Positions 48,126 through 58,624 of a DNA stretch of 64,000 nucleotides are shown here, piece after piece; position 1 is the first letter of the stretch; every line of letters begins with the position of its first letter. The stretch lies in the sequence record SRR9188677_124; one strand, 5' to 3'. A program made the translations under genes and the position numbers. Below the pieces are notes generated by a model. That model ran no database searches. It was not told the DNA's origin and saw only the letters and a program-made list of their open reading frames with translations.

Positions 48126-50402
48126 ATGGTCTTTAGCAGTTACAAACACACTTTTTCTTGTCTGATGTTGTTGTTTTTGGTTTATGCCAAAATGCCAGCT
48201 TTTGCGCAGGATTTTAGTGAATGCCAAAGGCTTGTAAAGGAGCTGCTCCCTGTTTTTAATCAATCGTTTGAAGAAAACAATCCCGCATTGCTTCGCGGTG
48301 AAGCCTACCAACGATCGTTACATCAGTTACAATCCGCTTACGACAAATATCACAGAGCATCATTTTTGCCATCTGATTCTGTTCAGAGAATGAACAATGA
48401 AGCCGTCATTTTGGCTTTGACCGGAAATTACCATAAGGCTCTCCGTATTATGGAAGAGCTCGATTTGTCAACCCAGGATCCTCACCTTCATTACAATCGG
48501 GGCTTGTTCAACTTGTTGAGTGGTAAATTTTCTGATGCCCGAAACGACTTTTCGGAAGCTCCGGGCGGCACTCAAGCCAACTTAAACACCTTGTTTTCTT
48601 ACGGAAAACAGAAAAAATATCTGGATGGTAAGAGTTATATGTCAACAGTATCTGGTAAAAGTGCCGGGGGAAAGTGGAACTATAATGTAGGAATGTTCCA
48701 TAAGTACACAGGTGATTTACCTGAGGGTATCAACGAAATGTCGTCTGCAATAAAGCAAAAGGACGAAGTGGTTGCTTACCGCTTGCAAAGAGGCGACATG
48801 CTTATGCGGACCGGAAACGAAAAAAGGGCCGTAAAAGATTTTGAGAAAGTAGCCAGAAAACATCCCAAAGCACAAATCCGATATGCCAATGCGTTATTGT
48901 CACTAAATCAGTTCGGAGAGGCAAAATTAGTGTTTGAAAAATACCTGGAAAGTGAAGACCGCCAGTTTCGAGGAGATGCGTACCTGGGAATGGCTCATTC
49001 GCATTACGGATTGAAGCAGATTCCGGAAGCGCAGCGCTATTACAAACTGGCATCGACGCTTAAAAGAGAAACTCCGGCACTACAAGCTGGAATAGGTAAC
49101 ACGCATTTGTCGAAGCATGAATATCAGTTCGCTTTTAATCTTTTTGACCGGGTTTTAAAAAAGGACTCCACTTATCTGCCTGCATATCTGGGCAGGGCCG
49201 TCTCCTATTACGGAATGGGCAAATATGAGTTGGCACTGAAAGACTTTAAAAAGGCAGAAAAGGCAATGGATGAAAACAATAAGTTTTTTGCCGACCTTTT
49301 TGTGACAAAAGCTTATTCAGAGTATTACCTAAATAAAGGCAAGGAAGCTCAGGAGGATTTTCAAAAGGCAATTCGGCTTGATGGCACCAGATATGAGGCT
49401 TTGGCAGGAATGAGCAGCATCATGATCGACCAAAAGAGATATTCCGAGGCAGGTCAGTTTCTAGCTAAGGCGTTGCAATACGAACAGACTTATGATAAAA
49501 TGTGGAGCAATTATGGCAACCTGCTTATGCATTTTGATATGTACAAAAAAGGCTACCAGGTATTCAAAAAAGCGGTGGCGTTAAATCCCAAAAATGTAAA
49601 TGCGCAAAATGGATGGGGCATTGTCCTGCTGGAAAATGATCAACTGGATGCTTCTATGGCCTTATACGACAGCCTGGTGCGGGAAAAACCTGAATTGCCT
49701 TTTTTGCACAACAATCATGGAATAGTTACTTCGTATATAGGTAACAGACACGAGCAGCGGAGGCAGATTAACGATGCTAACACGCGTTACGAAGGCGCTG
49801 CCGCCGATTTCAAAAAAGCTATGGAAGTAGCACCGGCCCGTAAGTTCTATAACGTAAATCAGGGAAATGTTTATCGATACTGGCAGCAGTATGACGAAGC
49901 AAAGCTAAGTTACCAGACTTATCAGGACAAGAGTGCGCTGAACAACACTGCGGTCATGTATGCCAGCCAGGAAAGGATTAAGGATGCAAAGTATTACCTG
50001 GGAGTAGCCATTCAGATCGATTCGCTTCACCGGGTTTTTCAATACAACATGCTTATTCTTGCGAAAGGCAAGCAGAAAGAAATGATGAGGCTTGTTGCAT
50101 CGGCGGATGAAAATAGCCCTTTTTCAGACATTGGCATCAAGTATAGTCGCGACGGGTTCGTTACGATTTATCTGTACGATTATGAATATGATAAGCTGTC
50201 ATTTCCCGGCAGGCATTTTATGCCGCTGCCAGTGGCAGAGTATAACGAAGACTATTTCATCCCGGATTATGATTTCAAACTAGTTCCATACAACAAGAAT
50301 AACAAAAAAGTAGGGAAACCAAAGAAGGTGAAATATAAGACGCAGACTGTAAAAATGCCGGGAAGAAAAGGGAAATCAGGAACAAAATGCCCTGTTTTCT
50401 GA
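48126..50402 (+). CDS. large secreted tetratricopeptide-repeat protein
   Basis: Probable ATG at 48126 with a signal peptide ending AFAQ; many TPR-like A...Y/F..A....P helical pairs. Confidence 0.85.
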   Translation: MVFSSYKHTFSCLMLLFLVYAKMPAFAQDFSECQRLVKELLPVFNQSFEENNPALLRGEAYQRSLHQLQSAYDKYHRASFLPSDSVQRMNNEAVILALTGNYHKALRIMEELDLSTQDPHLHYNRGLFNLLSGKFSDARNDFSEAPGGTQANLNTLFSYGKQKKYLDGKSYMSTVSGKSAGGKWNYNVGMFHKYTGDLPEGINEMSSAIKQKDEVVAYRLQRGDMLMRTGNEKRAVKDFEKVARKHPKAQIRYANALLSLNQFGEAKLVFEKYLESEDRQFRGDAYLGMAHSHYGLKQIPEAQRYYKLASTLKRETPALQAGIGNTHLSKHEYQFAFNLFDRVLKKDSTYLPAYLGRAVSYYGMGKYELALKDFKKAEKAMDENNKFFADLFVTKAYSEYYLNKGKEAQEDFQKAIRLDGTRYEALAGMSSIMIDQKRYSEAGQFLAKALQYEQTYDKMWSNYGNLLMHFDMYKKGYQVFKKAVALNPKNVNAQNGWGIVLLENDQLDASMALYDSLVREKPELPFLHNNHGIVTSYIGNRHEQRRQINDANTRYEGAAADFKKAMEVAPARKFYNVNQGNVYRYWQQYDEAKLSYQTYQDKSALNNTAVMYASQERIKDAKYYLGVAIQIDSLHRVFQYNMLILAKGKQKEMMRLVASADENSPFSDIGIKYSRDGFVTIYLYDYEYDKLSFPGRHFMPLPVAEYNEDYFIPDYDFKLVPYNKNNKKVGKPKKVKYKTQTVKMPGRKGKSGTKCPVF

Positions 50403-50537
50403 TCAACTAATTTTCTAAAGCGATGACATCAGCTTGCTGGGCAAAATTTTCTACGTATTGCTATATATGAGATGCTCATATAAGAATTGTTTTCTACCAG
50501 GCAGAAATCGAAGAATGTCAAAATTCCATTCAACCGG

Positions 50538-50909
50538 TCACAGTTGATTGGTGAAAATGTTCTGTACCTCTACAAAAGAAATTGGCTTATCCAAAAAGTA
50601 ATCAGCTCCCTTTTTAAGCGCTTCGTCTCTTAGATTAGTCATCGCACTCATCATCACTATACGTGTCTGGTGCTGGTTGGTTTCGTTGCTTTTAATACTC
50701 TGGATTTCATCAATTCCCTTACCATCAGGAAGATTGTTGTCAATAAAGACCCACTCCGGATTTATTTGCCTGATACAACTCATGCCTTCCGACAAGGAGG
50801 TGAAAACTTTAATGGTAGTTTCACTTGCATCATTAGTCAATTGCTTCACCAGAAAATTGCGCATCAACATCCCCAAATCTCTCTCATCTTCAATAATTAC
50901 AATTCTCAT
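50538..50909 (-). CDS. single-domain response regulator
   Basis: IIEDE, IDNNLPDG, MSA and KPI motifs. Confidence 0.9.
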   Translation of the reverse strand: MRIVIIEDERDLGMLMRNFLVKQLTNDASETTIKVFTSLSEGMSCIRQINPEWVFIDNNLPDGKGIDEIQSIKSNETNQHQTRIVMMSAMTNLRDEALKKGADYFLDKPISFVEVQNIFTNQL

Positions 50910-51153
50910 CGGCTTATCTGGAATAAATTGTCGTTCACTATGATAGAGGGAAAAAAGTGTTTGGCAAAATTTTAATTTTGTTATGAGTGCACTGGTAAAA
51001 TAACCTTGCCATGTGCATCAGCCTTACATCCGGCTTTTATTACGTTAAGAAGTAAATTTATTATACATAAAATCCGACAGCTTGTGATGACCTGGTATAA
51101 AATTTTAAGGTAAACTTGAAGTCAAAATAACAAACGTTTAACCACAATAGATC

Positions 51154-51441
51154 ATGGCAGGTAATAAAGCATTTTGGGGAATAGTTACTGCGGCAGCAGT
51201 CGGTGCAGTAATAGGTTTACTTTTTGCACCCGAAGAAGGAGAGAAGGTTAGAAAGAAAATCAAAAAACGGACAAATAGTTTGGCCAGTGATTTGATAGAA
51301 GCCTTGGAAAAAACTAAGGAAAAAGCTGCAAATGCATCTGAAACCTTAAAAGCAAAGGGTGAGCAATATAAAAATGAAGCCATTGATGCCTCAGAAGAGT
51401 ATGTGGACGATGCAAACGAAGAGATCAACAAATACAGATAG
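51154..51441 (+). CDS. YtxH domain protein
   Basis: AAAVGAVIGLLFAPEEGEKVRK followed by an amphipathic tail. Confidence 0.9.
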   Translation: MAGNKAFWGIVTAAAVGAVIGLLFAPEEGEKVRKKIKKRTNSLASDLIEALEKTKEKAANASETLKAKGEQYKNEAIDASEEYVDDANEEINKYR

Positions 51442-51453
51442 CGGTTTTTTGGT

Positions 51454-51765
51454 ATGAAAAATAAGCACAAATATTACGAAACGAGTAGTGAACGCTCATC
51501 CTTAACAGAGGTACTAACGTATGCAAAAGATTTGCTTATGTCCGGACCGGAAGGTGCTGTTGGAAAGGGTTTAGAGTTAGGCGTTGGTGCAGCTCTGGCC
51601 AAAACAGTTCTGAGGAGACTTCCTGCGCCATTAAATTTTGTGGTGCCTTTTGTAGCCGAAAAAATAATTATGAAACACGGCTTTGAAAACGGACGGGAAG
51701 TTCTTTTGGCAGGACTGAGATGGGTAAAGAAAGCAACCGATGAAAAGCCGGTTGCTCTTAGTTGA
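51454..51765 (+). CDS. hypothetical protein
   Basis: 103-aa ORF 12 nt after the YtxH gene, with plausible composition. Confidence 0.7.
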   Translation: MKNKHKYYETSSERSSLTEVLTYAKDLLMSGPEGAVGKGLELGVGAALAKTVLRRLPAPLNFVVPFVAEKIIMKHGFENGREVLLAGLRWVKKATDEKPVALS

Positions 51766-51781
51766 CTTTCTTGCAGTAACC

Positions 51782-52198
51782 TTAAATAGGTAGGGTAGCA
51801 GTTTTAAGCCAGAATTTTTCGATATTGAGGATAACCTCTTTTAACCCTTCGTAACTGGAGGGTTTTATTATGTAACAATTCGCACCAAGCTGATATGCTG
51901 AATTAATATCATCGGGTGCATTAGAAGTGCTGAATATAATGATGGGAATAGAATTCCATCCTGCATTACTTCTGAGCACTTTGAGCACTTCCCTGCCGTC
52001 TTTTTTTGGCATATTCAAATCCAGAAATATGAGCAAAGGTTTGTTGTCTTCTTCCTCTAGCGAAAGGTAGGTAACCAATTGTTCTCCATCTTCAAAAAAA
52101 ACAACCGGGTTAAGAATGGCATTATCCTCAAAAGCCGCCTGGACCAGAAAACGATCATCGGCATCATCGTCAGCCATTAGAATTTGCCGGTTGGTCAT
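51782..52198 (-). CDS. Rcp1-like single-domain response regulator
   Basis: ADDDADD, LDLNMPKKDG, FSTS, AYQLGANCYIIKP and C-terminal FWL. Start at MTNR (52198). Confidence 0.9.
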   Translation of the reverse strand: MTNRQILMADDDADDRFLVQAAFEDNAILNPVVFFEDGEQLVTYLSLEEEDNKPLLIFLDLNMPKKDGREVLKVLRSNAGWNSIPIIIFSTSNAPDDINSAYQLGANCYIIKPSSYEGLKEVILNIEKFWLKTATLPI

Positions 52199-52261
52199 AC
52201 TGTTTATTGATTTTAATTTACTGATTTGGCGGTATCCGCAATGGCACAAAAATTACTCATT

Positions 52262-53443
52262 TTACGTCAATAGCGAATCCTGTGGCAAATATATATAAAA
52301 AACAGCCCCTTCACCATCCGTACTTTCGGCAAAAACATATCCATTGTGGCTCGAAACAACGCGTTTTCAAATTGCCAGCCCTATTTCGGTCCGTCCAATT
52401 TTTTCAGGTCGTGAAGTCTCAGGAAAATAATAAAGATTTCTCTGAAAACTCCTTTTTGAAGCAAAATTCTATTGTCGGCGATTTTAATCTCGTTAAACTG
52501 AATTTGCCAATGCGCAAGATTGCACATTTAGTATTACATCGCCAGTTACAATCTCGTGGCTAACGTTTGTGATGGGTCTTCGATTTTCATTTCGGTACTT
52601 GATGGAGTTGGTTAACAGGTTCTGAAATAGCTGCACTTTCTGACTGCGAAAGAATTTTGTTGTCGGTAATGGCTCGCAGTATATTGCAACCGTATTTTCA
52701 TTAATTAATTCCGACAAATTGTTTTTTGCTTCTGAAATTCGCTATTCGATCGGTTAAGGTTCTCGATTTTGTTGTCCAGATCAATGGCATACAGTTTATT
52801 TCGGCCCAGTTCGCGGTTCAACAAACAAATGCGGACGATAAAAACACGATTGCACAAGCATAATACTCCAGTTGTACTCGAATATTTGTGCGCTATACTT
52901 TTCGCTCCTGATCCGGTTCACCATAATTTTATTTTCTGTTTTGTTGAGTTCTTTAGCAACTTCCTGGCGGAATCCGTTTCTGTGTTAATTTTCCGGTAAG
53001 AGCATTAGAAAGCAGTCGGATTTACAGCGAAAGTGCCGGGCTTGGAGATTGTCCTGCAATCCTCGTAAAATTCGCTTAACTAGGTTTTCGACATCGCAAC
53101 GCGTTTCTTTCTGCTCAGGATTATCAGACGCAGAATGTCCAGGTTGAGCACAACGGAGGGGAGACAACGCAGTGCGGCAAGAGATTTGTTAGAGTATGAT
53201 AAATCTTTCAAAAACAAAGACGAGTTCATCAGACAGGCAATTTCATAAAGGCCGGATGAAGTTTCTTTAATCGCGGTTGTTACCTTTTGAGTTCGGTTCA
53301 CTTTTTTCCGAAAAATGAACAAGTTCTTTATTAATGTTGTGGTAACTGTATGAAAGTCCAATAATTAGCACTAGTGAAGCGCCTAATAAAAACCTGACAA
53401 CCCAGGAAAATTGTTTCTCTGTAATGGATCGAACTAAAAGCAT
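52262..53443 (-). pseudogene. degraded CHASE3-type sensor histidine kinase
   Basis: Fragments in several frames: TM1, SDNPEQ, LNRSNSE, QLFQNLLTNSIKY and TEIGLAI*KRVVSSHNGYVFAESTDGEGAVFYIYLP. In-frame TGA at 52369-52367; H-box region absent. Confidence 0.88.
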
Positions 53444-53628
53444 TATCGGGTTTGAACAGTGAATTGCATGTATAATCAATGCTTTCGTCCTCTGAATTTA
53501 ATACTCAGACTGTGGAAATAACTACGCAATGTTAGACAAATAGCCGATTCTTATAATATGATAAGATAAAGAGTATTAAATTTAAATGATATTAAACTAA
53601 AGAATTACCACTTACCCTTAATTGCAAG

Positions 53629-55080
53629 ATGCAAAGACAGACGCAGACGCAAAGACAGACATTAAAATATTCTCCATTGCAAATCCAAATGCTTAACCTT
53701 TTGCATTTGACAACAATGGAATTGGAACAAAGAATTAAGGAGGAGATTGAGGAAAATCCGGTTCTGGAGGAAGGAAAAGAGGAAAGTGCTCCGGAAGAAA
53801 CTGCGGATGAGTTTGGAGATCCGGACGATGCTGCCGGCTCTGGAGATGAGGATTCCTCCTCGGTACAGGACTATTACGACTGGGATGAGTTTAGGGACGA
53901 CGACATTCCTGACTATAAAACTTATGCCAACAACCAATCTGCTGATAACGAATTATATACCCGTCCGATGGTGGAATCTATAGGATTCCGGGACGATCTT
54001 AAACAGCAGGTTCATTTTCTCCAGCTTAATGAAAGGCAGCAACTTATAGCAGATTTTATCCTTGATTCGCTGGATGAAGACGGATTTTTAAGGCGTGAGA
54101 GTGAAGTTATTGCAGATGATATTTCTTTCGCCAACAGCATGTTTATAGATGGCGAAGAAGTAGCAGCAATGCTCAAAGTGATCCAGCAACTTGATCCCCC
54201 CGGAATAGCAGCCAGCGACCTGAGAGAATGTCTTTTGATTCAGCTTCAGAGAATCGAAAATCATGATGACATCTGGAAATCAGCTTATCGGATTGTGCAT
54301 GATACTTTCGATGAGCTTGGATCGAGAAATTATGATAAGATCATGCGGGTTACCGGCCTGGACGAAGAAGCGTTAAAAAAGGCAATTCAACTTATTACGA
54401 CCCTTAATCCAAAGCCAGCCTCAGGATTACGCAATGATACACTTGTAAATGAAAGTATAAAGCCCGACTTTATGCTTAGGTATACAGAAGATGGTGAAAT
54501 AGAAGTACAGCTTACCTGGGGTAATAGTCCCGCTTTGAAACTCAATAAACTGTTTACCCAGATGGCTGAACAGAAAATTGATAAAGCGACAAACCAGTTT
54601 CTGAAAAACAAGATGAACTCGGCAAAGTGGTTTATCGACGCTATTAAGCAGCGGGAGAACACGATGATTAGTACGTTACGGGCAATCGTGAAACTGCAAT
54701 ACGATTATTTTCAGACCGGCGACATCAAAAAGTTGAGGCCTATGATCCTGAAGGATGTAGCAGAGATCATTTTTATGGATATTTCGACTGTTTCCCGCGT
54801 AACAACCAATAAATATGTACAAACACCTTTTGGTATCGTTTTATTAAAAGATCTGTTCACCGAAGGTGTTACCAACGAGGATGGAACTGAGGTGTCCAAC
54901 AGGGAGATTCAGGAAGCTATTCGCGAAATTGTTGAAATAGAAGACAAGCGACATCCCTATAACGATCAGCAGATCACAGACTTGCTTTCAGAAAAAGGTT
55001 ATTCAGTGGCTCGGCGAACAGTGGCCAAGTACCGTGAACAATTAAATATACCAACTGCAAGACTCAGAGTTACCATATAA
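53629..55080 (+). CDS. rpoN: RNA polymerase sigma-54 factor
   Basis: Gln-rich region I, ENPVLE, DPPGIAA, ISTVSRV HTH and RpoN box ARRTVAKYRE. Confidence 0.96.
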   Translation: MQRQTQTQRQTLKYSPLQIQMLNLLHLTTMELEQRIKEEIEENPVLEEGKEESAPEETADEFGDPDDAAGSGDEDSSSVQDYYDWDEFRDDDIPDYKTYANNQSADNELYTRPMVESIGFRDDLKQQVHFLQLNERQQLIADFILDSLDEDGFLRRESEVIADDISFANSMFIDGEEVAAMLKVIQQLDPPGIAASDLRECLLIQLQRIENHDDIWKSAYRIVHDTFDELGSRNYDKIMRVTGLDEEALKKAIQLITTLNPKPASGLRNDTLVNESIKPDFMLRYTEDGEIEVQLTWGNSPALKLNKLFTQMAEQKIDKATNQFLKNKMNSAKWFIDAIKQRENTMISTLRAIVKLQYDYFQTGDIKKLRPMILKDVAEIIFMDISTVSRVTTNKYVQTPFGIVLLKDLFTEGVTNEDGTEVSNREIQEAIREIVEIEDKRHPYNDQQITDLLSEKGYSVARRTVAKYREQLNIPTARLRVTI

Positions 55081-55106
55081 AACGTTTTAAGCCCGAAAAA
55101 CACGGA

Positions 55107-56564
55107 ATGAAAAAAATTGTAGTTGTTGATGATGAAGCGGATATTTGCTTCCTTTTGAAAAGATTCTTATCGAAAAATGATTTTATTGTTGAAACGGCAC
55201 AAAACGGCAAGGATGGATTGGCACTAATTGAGTCAATTTCACCTGATCTTGTTATGACCGACTTCCGCTTGGGAGATATTACAGGGACGGAACTTCTTAC
55301 AACCATTAAGTCTAAACGTCCAAATTTACCAGTACTCATTATTACAGGCTACTCTGATATAAAAGTTGCTGTGAGCGTCATGAAATTGGGGGCTTACGAT
55401 TATATTACCAAGCCTCTTTTTCCAGACGAAATTTTAGTAACCGTCAAAAAAGCAATAGCTGACGCCGAATCGTCCAAAAGCGAAGAAGCGGCATTTGTGG
55501 CAGCCGAGATTGGTGAAAGTGCTCCGTCGAAACCTACACGCAGGGGCTATTCAAAATCGAAAGCCGGCTATGTAATGGGCCAAAGTGAAATATCTGACAA
55601 TTTATTCAGGCAGGTTGATTTGGTCGCTCCTACGAATTTTAGCGTAATAATATATGGTGAAAGTGGCTCTGGCAAGGAAGCCATTGCACAGGAAATCCAT
55701 AACCGTTCACGGCGGAAAGATATGCCGTTTGTTGCGATGGATTGCGGTGCTATTTCGAAAGAACTTGCAGGAAGCGAACTATTTGGCCATGAGAAGGGCT
55801 CATTTACAGGCGCTTTACAAACAAAAATAGGCCATTTTGAAATGGCAAACGGAGGTACCTTGTTTTTGGACGAGGTTTCCAACTTATCGTATGAAATTCA
55901 GGTTGCTTTGCTACGCGTAGTGCAGGAGCGCAAAATGCGACGGATAGGAGGTTCAAAAGAAATTGATCTGGATGTACGAATCTTGGTTGCCAGTAATGAA
56001 AGGCTGCTGGATTCTGCCAAAAGCGGGAAGTTCAGAGAAGACTTGTACTACCGTTTCAATGAATTTACGATAGAAGTACCGGCTCTGCGGAATCGGAAAG
56101 ATGACCTCGTACTTTTTGCGAATAGTTTCCTTGAAACGACAAATGTAGAACTGAACAAAAGCGTAACCGGATTTTCGGAAGATGTGATGGACGATTTCCT
56201 GAACTATTCATGGCCTGGCAATCTAAGGGAGCTCAAAAATGTAATTAAGAGAGCGACGCTTCTTTCGGATGGGGATTTGATAGAAGAAAAATCGTTGCCC
56301 TTTGAAATCGTAAATTATAAAAAACTGAAAGCGCTTGACGATGAGCCTGCTCAGGTTGTGGCGTCACCCGTTGTGTTGAGTACAATAGATGTGGTAGAAA
56401 GCGATGACGTTAAACCAAGTTTGAAGACGGTAGCTAATGAGGCTGAATACGACATGATAATGCAAGTGCTTAGAGATGTCAATTTTAATAAAAGTAAAGC
56501 GGCGCGTCTGTTGAATATAGACAGGAAGACGCTTTATAACAAAATGAAACAATTTGATATTTGA
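55107..56564 (+). CDS. NtrC-family sigma-54 enhancer-binding response regulator
   Basis: Receiver domain; GESGSGKE, ELFGHEKGSFTGA, LFLDE, FREDLYYR and WPGNLREL motifs; Fis-type HTH. Confidence 0.95.
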   Translation: MKKIVVVDDEADICFLLKRFLSKNDFIVETAQNGKDGLALIESISPDLVMTDFRLGDITGTELLTTIKSKRPNLPVLIITGYSDIKVAVSVMKLGAYDYITKPLFPDEILVTVKKAIADAESSKSEEAAFVAAEIGESAPSKPTRRGYSKSKAGYVMGQSEISDNLFRQVDLVAPTNFSVIIYGESGSGKEAIAQEIHNRSRRKDMPFVAMDCGAISKELAGSELFGHEKGSFTGALQTKIGHFEMANGGTLFLDEVSNLSYEIQVALLRVVQERKMRRIGGSKEIDLDVRILVASNERLLDSAKSGKFREDLYYRFNEFTIEVPALRNRKDDLVLFANSFLETTNVELNKSVTGFSEDVMDDFLNYSWPGNLRELKNVIKRATLLSDGDLIEEKSLPFEIVNYKKLKALDDEPAQVVASPVVLSTIDVVESDDVKPSLKTVANEAEYDMIMQVLRDVNFNKSKAARLLNIDRKTLYNKMKQFDI

Positions 56565-56594
56565 GTAGGTAATTCGAGATTGTAGCAAGTTCTG

Positions 56595-58013
56595 ATGAAT
56601 AGTAAACTAATAAGGGTTCTTTTGGTGGATGACGATGAGGATGATTATTTCCTCACAAAGGAATACTTTCAGGACCTGGTGAACTGGAAATTTGACATTG
56701 TCTGGTGCTCTACTTTCAAAGATGCCCAGTATCATATAAAAAACAAGAAGTACGACCTTTATCTTTTTGATTACTTACTGGGAGAAAATACCGGTATTGA
56801 TCTTATAGACGAGGCACGTGACGCAGATTGTGAAGAGCCAATTATTCTTTTAACGGGTAAAGGCGATACAAAAATTGCCGTAGAAGCATTACGATTAGGC
56901 GCCGCTGATTATCTTATCAAAAGCGAGCTTGACTCTGAAAAGCTGGAAAGAAGTATTCGTTATGCACTTGAAAGGACTTCGGTTTTAAAGGCGCTCAAAC
57001 ATAGCGAAAGAAGGTACAGACGGGTTTTCGAAGAGTCAAATGACTTCCTTTTTATCAGTGATCTCGACGGAAAAGTGATCGACTTTAATACTTCTGCTTG
57101 TGCTTTGACAGGTTATTCGGTGGAAGAGCTTAAAGGAATGAGCATTCTTGAAATGGTGGAAGAGCCACATTTTGAGACACTTTGGAATAGCATACAAGAC
57201 CGCACAATTCATGATTGGGAGGTGAGGCTTAATACCAAGGACGGGGACAAGAAGTACTGTCTTTTTTCTGGTTCTGTTGAGTCTGATGACCGTAATTTAT
57301 ATGTTCAGGGACGAATTCATGACATGACAGCCCGGAAGCAATCGGAGAGAGAACGGTTGTTTTCAGAAAAGATGGCGGTTACCGGACGGCTTGTTCGTAT
57401 GCTCGCACATGAAGTGAGGAATCCCTTGACAAATGTTAACCTTTCGGCGGAGCAGCTCGAAATGGAATTGGTGGATGAGGATCAAAAGTTTTATACACAG
57501 ATTATAAAGCGCAACTGCAACCGTATAAATGACCTTATTTCGGAGTTGCTTCAACCATCAAATTCTGCTGATATAGAACTTGTAGAAAGCTCTGTTCATC
57601 AGGTTTTAGATAACGCAATCGCCACAGCTTACGACCGGGTTCAGCTTAAAAGGATTCAGATAAAAAGTCATTATGCTGATTCCCATTTGCGGATCCCCCT
57701 TGATTCTGTTTCATTGCAAATGGCGTTTTTAAACATCATTACCAATGCCATTGAGGCAATGGAGGAGGATAAAGGAGTTCTTCTGATACAGACAAAAAAC
57801 CTCGGCGAAACTTTTCAGATCACGTTCACTGATAATGGATGCGGAATCAGTGAAGAGAATATCGAGAAGATATTCGAGCCATATTATACCGGCAAAAACA
57901 ATGGAATGGGCATTGGTCTCGCCACGACAATGAGCGTTATTCATGCTCACCACGGTAGGATTGATGTCCAATCGAAGGTTGGAGAAGGAACCACATTCAC
58001 GATTAGCTTTTGA
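56595..58013 (+). CDS. cytoplasmic hybrid kinase REC-PAS-HisKA-HATPase
   Basis: N-terminal receiver, PAS, AHEVRNPL, NIITNAIEA, DNGCG and GMGIGL; no TM segments. Confidence 0.93.
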   Translation: MNSKLIRVLLVDDDEDDYFLTKEYFQDLVNWKFDIVWCSTFKDAQYHIKNKKYDLYLFDYLLGENTGIDLIDEARDADCEEPIILLTGKGDTKIAVEALRLGAADYLIKSELDSEKLERSIRYALERTSVLKALKHSERRYRRVFEESNDFLFISDLDGKVIDFNTSACALTGYSVEELKGMSILEMVEEPHFETLWNSIQDRTIHDWEVRLNTKDGDKKYCLFSGSVESDDRNLYVQGRIHDMTARKQSERERLFSEKMAVTGRLVRMLAHEVRNPLTNVNLSAEQLEMELVDEDQKFYTQIIKRNCNRINDLISELLQPSNSADIELVESSVHQVLDNAIATAYDRVQLKRIQIKSHYADSHLRIPLDSVSLQMAFLNIITNAIEAMEEDKGVLLIQTKNLGETFQITFTDNGCGISEENIEKIFEPYYTGKNNGMGIGLATTMSVIHAHHGRIDVQSKVGEGTTFTISF

Positions 58014-58138
58014 ATAAAACTTGTTTAAAAGCCAGTAATCAAAAAGTATACAATACATTTTAGAAAATCTCAACTTTTGAAAATCTCCGATCAGTATTAA
58101 CTTCCGCCTTTCAGGGCCTTTGTAAATAGCGTCGCATC

Positions 58139-58624
58139 ATGAGATTTCTCTACCTTACCCTTTGCCTCTTGACTTGTTCATTAGTTCAAGGCCAAAATTT
58201 TATTCTTCCCCAGGGCGAATACATGGATACGACAGTAAACATCAGCCCAAAATGTGATTCCATAAATGTCTTTCAGTATTATCAGGTCGTTACCAGATAT
58301 CCGGAAAGTTCGATGGCCGTTTTAAGTGGTACGAAAGACTTTTTAAATAAACAAGGAAAAAAATACACCGGAACTGGCTATGTGACATTGAGATTCATCG
58401 TTGATTGTGAAGGTATTATACATAGGGTGAAGGTATTACAGGTTGACGAAAACTACCAAACTCACAGATTTGATAAAGATTTTGTGAGTGACCTGAATGA
58501 CTACATTCATACCCTCGACAAGTGGGAGAAAAACCTCTCGATTGAGAATTATAAAAACATAAATTACATCGCTTACATCTCTTTTAAGATTAAAAATGGT
58601 GAAATCGTTAATGTTATTTATTAG
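58139..58624 (+). CDS. secreted hypothetical protein, TonB C-terminal-like
   Basis: Signal peptide; GYVTLRFIVDCEG motif resembles TonB_C. Confidence 0.65.
   Translation: MRFLYLTLCLLTCSLVQGQNFILPQGEYMDTTVNISPKCDSINVFQYYQVVTRYPESSMAVLSGTKDFLNKQGKKYTGTGYVTLRFIVDCEGIIHRVKVLQVDENYQTHRFDKDFVSDLNDYIHTLDKWEKNLSIENYKNINYIAYISFKIKNGEIVNVIY

Noticed and set aside
52242-52256. Near-consensus sigma-54 site TGGCACAAAAATTAC on the plus strand
   Set aside because: It points antisense into the pseudogene, away from the adjacent RR, and there is no target gene.
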